This document shows positions 1 to 13,900 of a stretch of DNA of 64,000 bases, one piece after another; the first letter of the stretch is position 1, and each line of letters opens with the position of its first letter. Both the position numbers and the translations under genes were made by a program. A model generated the notes under the pieces. The model was not told the origin of the DNA, ran no database searches, and saw only the letters and a program-made list of their open reading frames with translations. This DNA comes from Pecten maximus (Eukaryota), in contig NC_047028.1 of the NCBI RefSeq assembly GCF_902652985.1, positions 5,394,001 through 5,458,000 of the forward strand, in the 5' to 3' direction.

Positions 1-353
1 ATTATATGGAACGTCACATCAAATCTTGTTCAAACACTGGCAGTGAGCATTTATATAGAAAATAGAACAAACTTCGTTACTCTATATGTACATCAGAGTT
101 AATAACGTTGTAGCGTGTACTTTGCAAGTTCGTGAGAGTTGCAAGTTCCGAAATGAAAACTTCTAATGGCGGAATTGATAATTTCCATTGCACATGCGCG
201 CTTGCAACTCTCGCGGTTATTTGTAGACAAATTGCTGTACCAGATCTGGTTTGTAGGTGACCGATAAAATACATACTGTTAATCTGATACTACTATTGAC
301 GCATCACAGCTGTTTTGGTATAGGCTGTCTACTCCCACACTTATATTGGAGTC

Positions 354-1467
354 GAGTGTAGGATTACCTCCCTTAGTGTATGTCGGGTGTGAGTGTAGGA
401 TTACCTCCCTAAGTGTATGTCAGGTGTGAGTGTTGGATTATCTACCTTAGTGTATGTCGGGTGTGAGTGTAGGATTATCTACCTTAATGTATGTCGGGTG
501 TGAGTGTAGGATTACCTCCCTTAGTGTATGTCGGGTGTGAGTGTAGGATTATCTACCTTAGTGTATGTCGGGTGTGAGTGTAGGATTATCTACCTTAGTG
601 TATGTCGGGTGTGAGTGTAGGATTATCTCCCTTATTGTATGTCGGGTGTGAGTGTAGGATTACCTCCCTTAGTGTATGTCGGGTGTGAGTGTAGGATTAC
701 CTCCCTTAGTGTATGTCGGGTGTGAGTGTATGAATACCTCCCTTAGTGTATGTCGGGTGTGAGTGTAGGATTACCTCCCTTAGTGTATGTCGGGTGTGAG
801 TGTAGGATTACCTCCCTTAGTGTATGTCGGGTGTGAGTGTAGGATTACCTCCCTTAGTGTATGTCGGGTGTGAGTGTAGGATTACCTCCCTTAGTGTATG
901 TCGGGTGTTAGTGCAGGATTACCTCCCTTAGTGTATGTCGGGTGTGAGTGTAGGACTACCTCCCTTAGTGTATGTCGGGTGTTAGTGTAGGATTACCTCC
1001 CTTAGTGTATGTCGGGTGTAAGTGTAGGATTACCTCCCTTAGTGTATGTCGGGTGTTAGTGTAGGATTACCTCCCTTAGTGTATGTCGGGTGTTAGTAGA
1101 TACTCCCTGGGGGTGTGAGTATAGGACTACCTCCCTTAGTGTATGTCGGGTGTGAGTGTAGGATTATCTACCTTAGTGTATGTCGGGTGTGAGTGTAGGA
1201 TTATCTCCCTTAGTGTATGTCGGGTGTGAGTGTAGGATTACCTCCCTTAGTGTATGTCGGGTGTGAGTGTAGGATTATCTACCTTAGTGTATGTCGGGTG
1301 TGAGTGTAGGACTATCTCCCTTAGTGTATGTCGGGTGTGAGTGTAGGATTACCTCCCTTAGTGTATGTCGGGTGTGAGTGTAGGATTACCTCCCTTAGTG
1401 TATGTCGGGTGTGAGTGTAGGATTATCTACCTTAGTGTATGTCGGGTATGAGTGTAGAATTATCTAC
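354..1467. repeat. 37-bp minisatellite, ~30 copies
   Basis: Unit GAGTGTAGGATTACCTCCCTTAGTGTATGTCGGGTGT. Confidence 0.97.
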
Positions 1468-2199
1468 GTTTTTATGATGTTGTGATATCCAGGGTTAAGA
1501 CGAGACGAACTACAGTGTACTCAGTATTAGAAAAGTTTATACGGCGTATTTACACGATCTTTAGACGGCTTAACAGTAGTTGGACTGGCGGTATGTGTCA
1601 ACAACAACGCAACATTTATAGAAGAGTTTGATTTTCGTATACAATGTTAATTAACCTCGTACACCGGGGGATCCTTAATCCTAGTGTACAATAGACGTCG
1701 GGATCATGTTAAGCTGATATTGTGTCATCAAACAAGATACCAATTTATCTAGTCTGATTTGTTTTGGATTTTGGTACCTGGTACCACCAAAGGTCAACAC
1801 AGCGGTGTCCACCAAGGGTCAACATGGCATTGTACACCCCTGGTCACTGTCGATTGTTATTATATAGTGTTATCACACTGAAACTCTATAATCTACATAT
1901 TGTGGAAGGTCGATGATACTCTTAATTCTGAATAATTCCCCCGACTGTCGATCTTACCACTACCAAAATAAGGCTCCGGCTCTGAGTACTGACGTAAGAA
2001 ATATATTTTCTGGATATATTTATGTCGATGGTAAGACTGGCGATAACAGGGCAATACTTTTTGACAGGTTGATAAATGTGATAAAATTACTGGTAAGTGG
2101 GTCAAATTAATCTACTCCACAGACACACACATATTCCTGGAATCAGGCACGCCGGTGTTGAGGGGAACACCAATGCAACAAACCATTATAAAGGATGGG

Positions 2200-4536
2200 T
2201 ATCATATGAGGACGGGTGTCTAGTGGGACACCAACAGTCAGGATGATATGAGGACGGGTGTCTAGTGGGACACCAACAGTCAGGATGATATGAGGACGGG
2301 TGTCTAGGGGGACACCAACATACCGGGTTATATGAGGACGGGTGTCTAGGGGGACACCAACATACCGGGTAAAATGAGGACGGGTGTCTAGGGGGACACC
2401 AACATACCGGGTTATATGAGGACGGGTGTTTAGGGGGACACCAACATACCGGGTCATATGAGGACGGGTGTTTAGGGGGACACCAACATACCGGGTTATA
2501 TGAGGACGGGTGTTTAGGGGGACACCAACATACCGGGTCATATGAGGACGGGTGTTTAGGGGGACACCAACATACCGGGTTATATGAGGACGGGTGTTTA
2601 GGGGGACACCAACATACCGGGTTATATGAGGACGGGTGTTTAGGGGGACACCAACATACCGGGTCATATGAGGACGGGTGTTTAGGGGGACACCAACATA
2701 CCGGGTTATATGAGGACGGGTGTCTAGGGGGACACCAACATACCGGGTTATATGAGGACGGGTGTCTAGGGGGACACCAACATACCGGGTAAAATGAGCA
2801 CGGGTGTCTAGGGGGACACCAACATACCGGGTAAAATGAGGACGGGTGTCTAGGGGGACACCAACATACCGGGTAAAATGAGGACGGGTGTCTAGGGGGA
2901 CACCAACATACCGGGTTATATGAGGACGGGTGTTTAGGGGGACACAAAATAGACCGGGTCATATGAGGACGGGTGTTTAGGGGGACACAAAACAGACCGG
3001 GTAAAATGAGGACGGATGTCTAGTGGAACACCAACAGTCAGGATAATATGTGGACGGATGTCTAGGGGAACACCAACAGTAAGGATAATATGAGGACGGG
3101 TGTCTAGGGGGACACCAACAGTAAGGATAATATGAGGACGGGTGTCTAGGGGAACACCAACAGTAAGGATAATATGAGGACGGGTGTCTAGGGGGAACAC
3201 CAACATACAAGGTCATATGAGGACGGACGTTTAGGGGGACACCAACATGACGGGTTATATGAGGACGGGTGTCTAGGGGGAACACCAACATACAAGGTCA
3301 TATGAGGACGGACGTTTAGGGGAACACCAACATACCGGGTAAAATGAGCACGGGTGTCTAGTGGAACACCAACAGTCAGGATAATATGAGGACGGGTGTC
3401 TAGGGGGAACACCAACAGACCGGGTAAAATGAGGACGGGTGTCTAGGGGGACACCAACAGTCAGGATGATATGAGGACGGGTGTCTAGGGGGACACCAAC
3501 AGTCAGGATGATATGTGGACGGATGTCTTGGGGGACACCAACATTCAGGATGATATGAGGACGGGTGTCTAGGGGGACACCAACATACCGGATAAAATGA
3601 GGACGGGTGTCTAGTGGAACACCAACAGTCAGGATAATATGAGGACGGGTGTCTAGGGGGACACCAACAGTCAGGATGATATGAGGACGGGTGTCTAGGG
3701 GGACACCAACAGTCAGGATGATATGAGGACGGGTGTCTAGGGGGACACCAACAGTCAGGATGATATGTGGACGGATGTCTTGGGGGACACCAACAGTCAG
3801 GATGATATGAGGACGGGTGTCTAGGGGGACACCAACAGCCAGGGTCATATAAGGGCGGGTGTCTAGGGGGACACCAACAGTCAGGGTCATATGAGGACGG
3901 GTGTCTAGGGGGACACCAACAGTCAATGTCACATGGGGATGGGTGTCTAGGGGGACACCAACAGTCAGGATGATATGAGGACGGGTGTCTAGGGGGACAC
4001 AAAACAGACCGGGTCATATGAGGACGGGTGTCTAGGAGGACACCAACATACCGGGTCAAATGAGGACGGGTGTCTAGGGGGACACCAACATACCGGGTTA
4101 TATGAGGACGGGTGTCTAGGGGGACACAAAACAGTCAAGATGATATGAGGACGGGTGTCTAGGGGGACACCAACATACCGGGTCAAATGAGGACGGGTGT
4201 CTAGGGGGACACCAACATACCGGGTTATATGAGGACGGGTGTCTAGGGGGACACAAAACAGTCAGGATGATATGAGGACGGGTGTCTAGGGGGACACAAA
4301 ACAGACCGGGTCATATGAGGACGGGTGTCTAGGAGGACACCAACATACCGGGTCAAATGAGGACGGGTGTCTAGGGGGACACAAAACAGACCGGGTCATA
4401 TGAGGACGGGTGTCTAGGAGGACACCAACAGACTGTGTCATATGAGGACGGGTGTCTAGGAAGACACCAACATACCGGGTATTATGAGGACGGGTGTCTA
4501 GGGGGACACCAACAGACTGTGTCATATGAGGACGGA
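2200..4536. repeat. 42-bp minisatellite, ~55 copies, with internal hairpin
   Basis: Unit TATGAGGACGGGTGTCTAGGGGGACACCAACATACCGGGTTA; GGTGTC/GACACC stem; a few interchangeable variants of the last ~13 nt. Confidence 0.97.
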
Positions 4537-5351
4537 TTTGAAGTAGACATTAAGAAGGAAACACTACACACATAAAAAAGATAAGAAAGTGCAGAAAGGT
4601 TAGGGAAGGATAAGATTGCGATCTTAAGTGTTACAATGGTTACATTATGCGTCTAATGTAGTGTCTTCCGAGAGATATATAGAAGAACATAATAGAGTCG
4701 ACTTTGGTCGCCTCCCATATGATGATTAATTTCACAGAATACAACGGGCCTTATTTCTGAACTCTTCAGATCCCAGATATTGTAGGGATTTGAAGAATTG
4801 TTGAACGAGATTTTACTTTGATGACCTAAAATCTCTCTTACCGTCAATAAAACAAAATTTTTTAAGCACTCAAATAAATATTTTTTTTAAATTTCACACC
4901 GCCTAAAACTGGTTTTGACATACCATTGAATCGCTAGCGTGTGTAGATAAAATCCTTAAAGTAACGTTAACGCGTTCGTCCTATTGTCTGTGCCGTTCTC
5001 GGCTGAATCGGATAGGTCGGAACCGCAGTACAAAAGTAAACCTTTACGTTACAACATCGGATAAATTTCGCTTACTGATCACGAACTCATGTGTTCTGTA
5101 GTAGAGGTGTTTCCATGTCGTTAAACTCGTCAACCGTGCAATCCTATAGACTGTGTGTATCTACACAGCGAATGTCTGCGGGCCGAGGACTGAACCTCCG
5201 GTTTACATATTAATGTAGATCTTACTGGGAATTTTAATTCGGGATGTGTTTAAAATATGATGTGTAAGCTGCTCCTGGTCTTTAATCTGTAGTACAGCTG
5301 TTTGTTTGAAACCTTTTTAACCCTCGAACTTGTATTGATTTTGTCGGGAGC

Positions 5352-5655
5352 ATGTCTTTAATTAACGGGTCCCACGGCCCACTTGCCCCTACGGACAACG
5401 TCCAATGGATGCAAATTCAGAAGGATACATTTACAAATTGGGTGAATGAGCAGTTAAAGTCTAAAGGATCGGAAGTACGTGACCTGAGGACGGATTTTGC
5501 AGATGGTGTCAAACTTGTTGCTCTTGTGGAAGCTCTTAAACGACAAAAATTACCAGGGACCGTCTCAAAACCGTCAAATCAGTACGAAAAACTCCAAAAT
5601 ATCACCGTGGCTCTGGAAGGTATCGCAGCCGATAACGTGCGCATCATCAATATAG
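5352..5655 (+). CDS. Filamin exon 1 (start, CH1 N-half)
   Basis: MSLING..WMQIQKDTFTNWVNEQL..DFADGVKLVALVEAL..NI; donor ATAG|GTAGGT. Confidence 0.92.
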
Positions 5656-6815
5656 GTAGGTCGAATGGTCAAATGGTCAAGTTAACCTGATTTTTATACT
5701 GACTTGTTCTCTTGGTAATAATCTGGGACCGTGCACATGCGTATAGGCTTGTTCACAGATATATTATGTCACGAAAATGATAAACTTACTGTATTAACAG
5801 AAACTATTTGTAACAAACATTTATACAATATACATATCTTAAATCATACATCCTGTTAAGGCAGACTATAATAAAACTCGTTATCACATATCAATTATAT
5901 TGTGAACATCAACATTCTGTTCACAGATATACATGTAGTTAACCTGTACATTTTGTTTAAAGACACATTATCTATGTTTTATTTACTGAATCACTTGTTC
6001 AGAGATAAATTAAGTGAACCTACTAATCTTGTTCTAAGTTCTCGTAAATCCTGATTATTTTAGATAGATATGTAAAGTAAACATCTTGTGGGCGGTGTTT
6101 AAGTTGTACAGTGTAAAGCTCTGGCACATTCTATCTCCAACTTATTCACGGATATCACAGCGCCGATTTGGTAATATTCATATTTCTAAACAAATAACTA
6201 CATTAGGACAGGCTAAACCTAGCTCATAGATAATAATTACTTTCTCCGATTGGCCTCTATATTTTGTTGTGAGACACGAACTCACACTCTTTGTGATCTG
6301 TTTAATTGGGAGAAAAATATTGTTAATACACCAGTTTTAAACATTAATGATAGATTACACAACTAAATACAGTTGTGGCTTAGGAAGACTATTATAGCCT
6401 TTAGAGAACCAGGTACACTGTATATAACTTACTAATAAACTGATATACGTGGGAAGTCAGCTGTGTAATGTATTCACTCCTACAGATAATATATGTAGAT
6501 TATTTAACATACAGGTTTTCCAAGTTATTGGAGTGTTTGTGTGTGATGTGATTACTTCACGTATCATTTTAATTACTTGGACATAAATTTCCTATCATAA
6601 ACTTCAAAGGTTTATCTCGTATTGTACATATGTATATGTCGTTTTTCATAATTCAAACACTGCAGGAATTTAATGAAGTGGAATTCAATTTAGTCTCCAT
6701 TTGATGAACTTGGACAAATTGAATTTAGCTCAACTTTAATATCAATGCCAGAAGTTAAGATTTAATACATAGGAACCATACTAGTTAAACCTAAGTTCCT
6801 AGTGTGTGTGTGTGT

Positions 6816-6861
<46 letters not shown>

Positions 6862-9800
6862 TATTGACGATCACACTTTTTCATAGTGAGGATGTCACAA
6901 TATTACAGCTATATTACATGTATAAATCATTGTTAGATTGGGGCCTAGTGTTCTCTGACCAGCCATGTAAATGTATACGTATATCAATGCTCGATTTGGG
7001 CCTAACGTTCTCGTACCAACAAGGGTCATATGAGGTCGGATGTTTTGCGAGTATGTAGACAGAATGGCTTGACATAAAGTGTAAGCATTTCAACATGACT
7101 TTCATTGTCCCTAAAGTTGAATGATAGAGACGAAAATATCCTATTCTGCCCACACTGTAAGTTGGCTCCTACTGTCAACCCTAAATAGGATGTATAAGTA
7201 TGTATTAGGCCTTATTTGTAAGATTCACACATTCGTTCCCGCATTTAGTCACCTCTAACGACATTCATTAGGGTATAGAACACATACTCTTTCCTCGATC
7301 CTCTGGGGGTTTATAACTAGTAAAACTATCGCGTTTATATCGTTGTGTAACGCTCCGTGACTTGAACACTGCCTGCTTAGGTTTAAGATGTATCATGTGT
7401 CATAGATGACTTCAAATTTGACTTCACGCCTGCTTAGGTGTTCTCGCTTTCCTGATCGATCAATGGTCTCTTTACCTGTCTGCCGGCATCTCGGACCTCC
7501 TATGATGATGTTGTCCTGTACCTCGTATGATGATGTTGTGATGTCCCTCGTATGATGATGTTGTCTGTCCCTCCTATGATGATGTTGTCCTCTCCCTCGT
7601 ATGATGATGTTGTCTGTCCCTCGTATGATGATGTTGTGATGTCCCTCGTATGATGATGTTGTCCTCTCCCTCGTATGATGATGTTGTCCTGCCCCTCGTG
7701 TAATGATGTTGTCCTGTTCCTTCTATGATGATGATGTTGTCCTCTCCCTCGTATGATAATGTTATCCTGTCCCTCGTATGATGATGTTGTCCTGTTCCTT
7801 CTATGATGATGTTGTCTGTCCTTCCTATGATGATGTTGTCTGTTCCTCGTATGATGTTGTCCTGTCCCTCCTATGATGATGTTGTCCTGTCCCTCGTATG
7901 GTAATGTTGTCCTGTCCCTCGTATGATGATGTTGTCTGTCCCTCGTATGATGATGTTGTCTGTTCCTCCTATGATAATGTTGTCCTGTCCCTCGTATGAT
8001 GATGTTGTCTGTTCCTCCTATGATGATGTTGTCCTGTCCCTCGTATGATGATGTTGTCCTGTCCCTCGTATGATAATGTTGTCCTGTCCCTCGTATGATG
8101 ATGTTGTCCTGTCACTCGTATGGTAATGTTGTCCTGTCCCTCGTATGATGATGTTGTCCTGTTCCTTCTATGATGATGTTGTCTGTCCTTCCTATGATGA
8201 TGTTGTCCTGCCCCTCGTATGATGATGTTGCCCTGCCCCTCGTGTAATGATGTTGTCCTGTCCCTCGTATGATGATGTTGTCTGTCCCTCATATGATGAT
8301 GTCCTGTCACTCGTGTGGTAATGTTGTCTGTTCCTCGTATGATGTTGTCCTGTCCCTCCTATGATGATGTTGTCCTGTCCCTCGTATGGTAATGTTGTCC
8401 TGTCCCTTGTATGATAATGTTGTCCTGTCACTCGTATTATGATGTTGTCCTGTCCCTCGTATGATGATGTTGTCCTGTCCCTCGTATGATGATGTTGTCT
8501 GTCCTTCCTATGATGATGTTGTCTGTCCCTCCTTTGATGATGTTGTCCTGTCCCTCGTATGATGATGTTGTCCTGTCCCTCGTATGATGATGTTGTCCTG
8601 TCCCTCGTATGATGATGTTGTCTGTCCCTCGTATGATGATTTTGTCCTATCCCTCGTATGATGGTGTTGTCCTGTCCCTCGTATGATGATGTTGTCCTGT
8701 CCCTCGTATGATAATGTTGTCCTGTCCCTCGTATGATAATGTTGTCTGTCTCTCTAGTGATGATGTTGTCAATTATCAACCTTTCTTCCAATTATTGAAA
8801 CCATTATCTTGTACCAAAACCTCAATTCATTGTTTCTGTTACATTTCTCCCCAAAGAATATAAAAGTAGTATCTATCCCCATAATGTAAATGACAAATTA
8901 GCTATTCAATTAATCACAGTTTACGAGTGTATTTTTGTTGTACAATTTAAGAGATTAAAAGGTCCAGTTCTTTAACGCAGGACAACTCAGTTTACCTTTA
9001 CAAAATAGTATTATGTCCCTCTATTATAATTATTAACCACAATATTTGGTCAAATTAGCATGGCGGATCATCCTATAGTTTACTTTCATTATCGTTCGTC
9101 AGACAATGAGCTCTCAGGTCTCGGATATCTAGTGGAAATAGGGGTAGACAAAAACAAGTTCTCAAAGTGTATCTAGTGATATTGATCAACATCAGGTTTT
9201 TTTTGATGACACGATAACTACCAACCCGTATTTTAAGCATAAAAATATAACGTACTCGGATGTCATCATACGTATTCTCTTACTTTAATACAGACTTCAA
9301 AGATGAAAACAATTTTTTATTTATTTATTTTTTTTTTTTTTAGGCAGATTTGCTATTGACATGCAATTTGCGATACCAGTATATCATTTATAGCCAATTG
9401 TTACAGTATATCATTCCCAAGGCAATTGTATAAGCTATTTGTAATCGTAGACAGCATGTGATTTGGATTTTGTTTCCCTGACTTATGTCAGGTAAAAGCA
9501 CACGGAGTCCTGGAATTTTATTAATCTCAATGTAGTCATAAGAACGGTCCAGGAGTAAAACCACTGTTTTGATTTATGTTTTATTGACCAATCTACATAC
9601 AAAATCAAATATCTATTGTTCTCATACAACACCTTGTTAGGGGTTGAAAGGACTACACAGAATTCAGGCAACAATCACTGCTGGAACTATTAGTATAGCA
9701 TTCACTTCCGGTACTAGCAAGCAACATTCACTTCCGGCACTATTAGTACATTTGTATAGCATTCACTTCCGGTACTAGCAAGCAACATTCACTTCCGGCA

Positions 9801-10892
9801 CTATTAGTACATTTGTATAGCATTCACTTCCGGTACTAGCAAGCAACATTCACTTCCGGCACTATTAGTACATTTGTATAGCATTCACTTCCGGTACTAG
9901 CAAGCAACATTCATTTCCGGAACCATAAAGAAAGTTACATTCACTTTCACATTATTGCCAATTAGTAGCAAATGATATTAGCATAAATAATAATGTGCAT
10001 ACATATATATATACACCAGTGACATGCGACCAATTAGCATAATTTAACATGAATTAAATTAAACTGCTGTGAAAACACTTTAAAATGGATAGTAGGTGTG
10101 CTGGATGGGTTTTCTTTAAGACAAATAAAAAGTGATCATGTCACCTCAGGATCTTTAAAGAGAGTGATCATGAGGAAATTTCGAAGGGGCGTTAAACTCG
10201 AAACTATCAGATAAGACTGACCAATGGGAGCCATATGCAGATGTTACAGTAGGAGTGACCAACACGGACTGGTCAAGCTCGGGCCAGTGAGTAGAAATTC
10301 TGAGTTTTTCAGATTTCACCCGGTATTACACCTATTTGTCAACATAAATTAGATAATACATATTCGGGGTTACAATTTCCCATTTTAGAACAAAATAAAC
10401 ATGAAATTAGTCAAAGATGGCAAAACCTGAGGTGACTTAAGACTGGCGGATTTTGAGATAGAATACATCAAATATTTGTATCCAACACGTCACACCTGGG
10501 CACACATGCAGTCAAGTCACCCTATAACTATTTCACATGGTGAGAAAGTAACAAAAAGATAGGCTATATGGTAATAATCACAGTAGACATCACGCCTTCC
10601 TTAATAGCCAGCTAAGGAGAAAGGCATGTCCTTCCTCCGACGGTATCGCATGTAATATAGCGAGATTGAAATAGAGATGGTTTTGTCAGGTATAGAAGTA
10701 ACAACTGTAGGAGGCTTTTGCATGGCAATGTCACAGTGACGATAAAGTGGTATACATTTATAAAGCAATTTAGATCTTGTCTTTTATTCGAGGGTTAAAT
10801 TAACTTTTCTGACTGAACACATATAATACAATGTTTAAATAGTGTACACATGATCTTGATATCTTCTTAGTAACTACATGTACATCATCGTT

Positions 10893-10923
<31 letters not shown>

Positions 10924-13900
10924 TCGTCGTTATATTCTCGCTTGTGATTTCGTTGTAGGGCTAACGAGTCGGACCAACTCTGTTAGCAAGTCAACCGTGA
11001 AAGGTAATCTGTGTAGGACTAGTCACGTGGTACTTGTCCACAGCTGTAGCTGAGCATGATTAATAATAAGTAGATGTAGATAATCAGTTCCTACTTATAG
11101 ATAGTAGTCCCCCTTCACAGCCTAGTCGACACAATAGGTTCGTAATAGTGCTGACACTCATGTTTATATAGAAATGTAATTCGGTTATTATATATAATAC
11201 CAACCATCACCATAACATGTCATACACGGTATTACAGTAAGTATACATGTACGTGACATATTCGTCACACTGCAGATTCTTGCCAAGACATATTCGTCAC
11301 ACTACAGATTCTTGCCCAGACGTATTCGTCACACTACATATTCTTGCCCAGACATATTCGTCACACTGTAGATTCTTGCCCAGACGTATTCGTCACACTA
11401 CATATTCCTGCCCAGACATATTCGTCACACTGCAGATCCTTGCTCAGACGTATTCGTCACACTGCATATTCTTGCCCAGACGTATTCGTCCCACTACATA
11501 TTCTTGCCCAGACATATTCGTCACACTGTAGATTCTTGCCCAGACGTATTCGTCACACTACATATTCCTGCCCAGACATATTCGTCACATTGCATATTCT
11601 TGCCCAGACGTATTCTTCCCACAGCAGATTCTTGCCCAGACGTATTCGCCACATTGCAAATTTTTGTCAAGACTTATTCGTCACACTGCAAATTCTTGCC
11701 CAGACGTATTCGTCACACTGTAGATTCTTGCCCAGAAATATTAATTAAACTACATATTCTTGCTCGGACATATTCGTCACACTGCAGATTCTGGCCAAGA
11801 CAAATTCGTCAAACTACATTGCCCTGCCGATACAAAGTTCACCCTAAGATTTTGTTTTAGCCTATTTATTTCAGTAGAGATTTTGGCTTTAATTGTTCTC
11901 CCATGCAATATTTTGCTTAAATTTCGTTTTTGCTTAAGTTGTAGATATAGATACTTTAATCGAATGTAACACCCAAATTTTGTGTAATGTTTAAAGATGG
12001 CTTCAAGATATTTGAGGATTGTCACATGCATCTACGTGTACTTATTGCGTGACGTGTTTGATTCATAGATAGAAAGGAGATACTCGAGGGTCAATAGACT
12101 CATGTCATGAAGTGTTTTGTTTATAGATAATAAGAACACACTCGAAGGTAACCACAAACTTATTGTGTGACGTGTTTGATTTATAGATAGTAAGGGGATA
12201 CTCGAGGGTTACCACAAACTTATTGTATGACGTGTTTGATTTATAGATAGTAAGGAGATACTCGAGGGTTATTACAAACTTATTGTGTGACGTGTTGTAT
12301 TTATAGATAGTAAGGAGATACTCGAGGGTTACCACAAACTTATTGTATGAAGTGTTTTATTTATAGATACATATATATATGTATGTAGTAAGGCGATACT
12401 CGAGGGTCAATAGACTCATTTCATGACGTGTTTTATTTATAGATAGTAAGGAGATACTCGAAGGTAACCACAAACTTATTCGACGTGTTTTATTTATAGA
12501 TAGTAAGGAGATTCTCGAAGGTAACCACAAACTTATTCGACGTGTTTTATTTATAGATAGTAAGGAGATTCTCGAAGGTAACCACAAACTTATTCTAGCC
12601 CTGATATGGCAGCTAATTATTCGGTACCAAATCGGATTATCGAACATTCAACACCGGAACTGGATGCTGGCATGGCTTCAAGCAGTTCTACCAGAATGCA
12701 ATATTACAAATTTTACTTCCGACTGGACCGACGGGACTGCCCTCTTGTGAGTTGCATTCATTCAAAATAAAGCCTTACTAGTGAGGTTTACTAGTGTCCC
12801 GTGTGAATACTTTGTACAAACTTAGCGAATTGATTTGTTTTTCCTGAAGGAGAAACTGTATTCTCATTGAAAACCATTCTATTTTAATCTACAAAATCTA
12901 CAATTGCTTAATTGTTTGTTAATTGATGAAATGTCAAATCGACTGTCAGCGCTATACGGAGTCCTGATTAGTTTTAATGTGTTATATGTGTACCTTCATT
13001 CTTGACCAATTTATTAACTTGTGTATTTGAATAATTATACATATATATATGTGTGTAAATGAACAATAACTTTGTGTTTTTATAGTGCCCTGTTGGACTT
13101 TTGTGTGTCTGGATTATGCTCTACCTGGAGGTCATGTGACAAGTCAGACAGGTAAGGTCGATATAGAGGGAGTGAGGGGGGGATATTGCGGGGAGGGGAT
13201 GGAGAACGTGAGGCTAGGGGAAAGAGGAGTTTTACATCATATCTAATATATACTTCCGTATACTTATGTCTCTCCTCGGCTCCAGTAGGCCTGTACTAAA
13301 CAAATCACCGATAGTTGACCAAAGTATCCCCCGGAAAGTTTTACCGACAGCAGTGTAATGGGAAGGTTGTTGTATACCACTACACCCAAATCACCGATGT
13401 CCAATGTTGTGGGGTTGACCGCCGACAATGGTGGTTGTTGATAGATAATTAAACAGGGCGGAGTGGGACGTTCCTTGACTTCTAACCGTAGTCTGAAATT
13501 GACACCGCTGCCCATCAAGAATCCGACCTCGCGGAATTCCTTTGAGAACATGAACTTGGATGTCACTGAGATGACTCCGTAGCGACAGTCGGGATTCTCC
13601 CTGTCCAGCCAACCACGTAATGGTAGTGCTTGGTACGGTATTTGTGTGGGTAAGTGGGCTGGAAACCCAGCCCCGGGAATGTTTACTGTAGGATTGTCAT
13701 CCAACCCTAACTGTGTGACAGAAATACAAGTTCGTCTCACACAATGGTTGATAATGTGATTATAAAACACAATACTAAAACAACTAACATAACACATCGT
13801 TATACAAATCTATAGCAGTCGGACCTCCATCAGAAACTACTGGTAGTCAGAATACTACAGTGTTAGATGTGAAGTCACGTGGTCCGATAGAACGGCTGTA

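Noticed and set aside
131-215. 15-bp inverted repeat CGTGAGAGTTGCAAG / CTTGCAACTCTCGCG
   Set aside because: Too short and near the window edge; no TSD or family evidence to call an element.
2143-4536. CRISPR-like look (palindromic constant block plus variable segment) and long Cys/Pro-rich ORFs
   Set aside because: Variable segments are ~13 nt and reused rather than unique spacers, there are no cas genes, and the context is eukaryotic; the ORFs arise because the 42-bp unit is a multiple of 3.
4653-4847. 64-aa minus-strand ORF and other short ORF-track entries in introns and intergenic DNA
   Set aside because: No recognisable motifs or splice context; lengths expected by chance or antisense to real exons.
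7969-8791. His/Gln-rich ORFs
   Set aside because: Translations of the 24-25-bp minisatellite.
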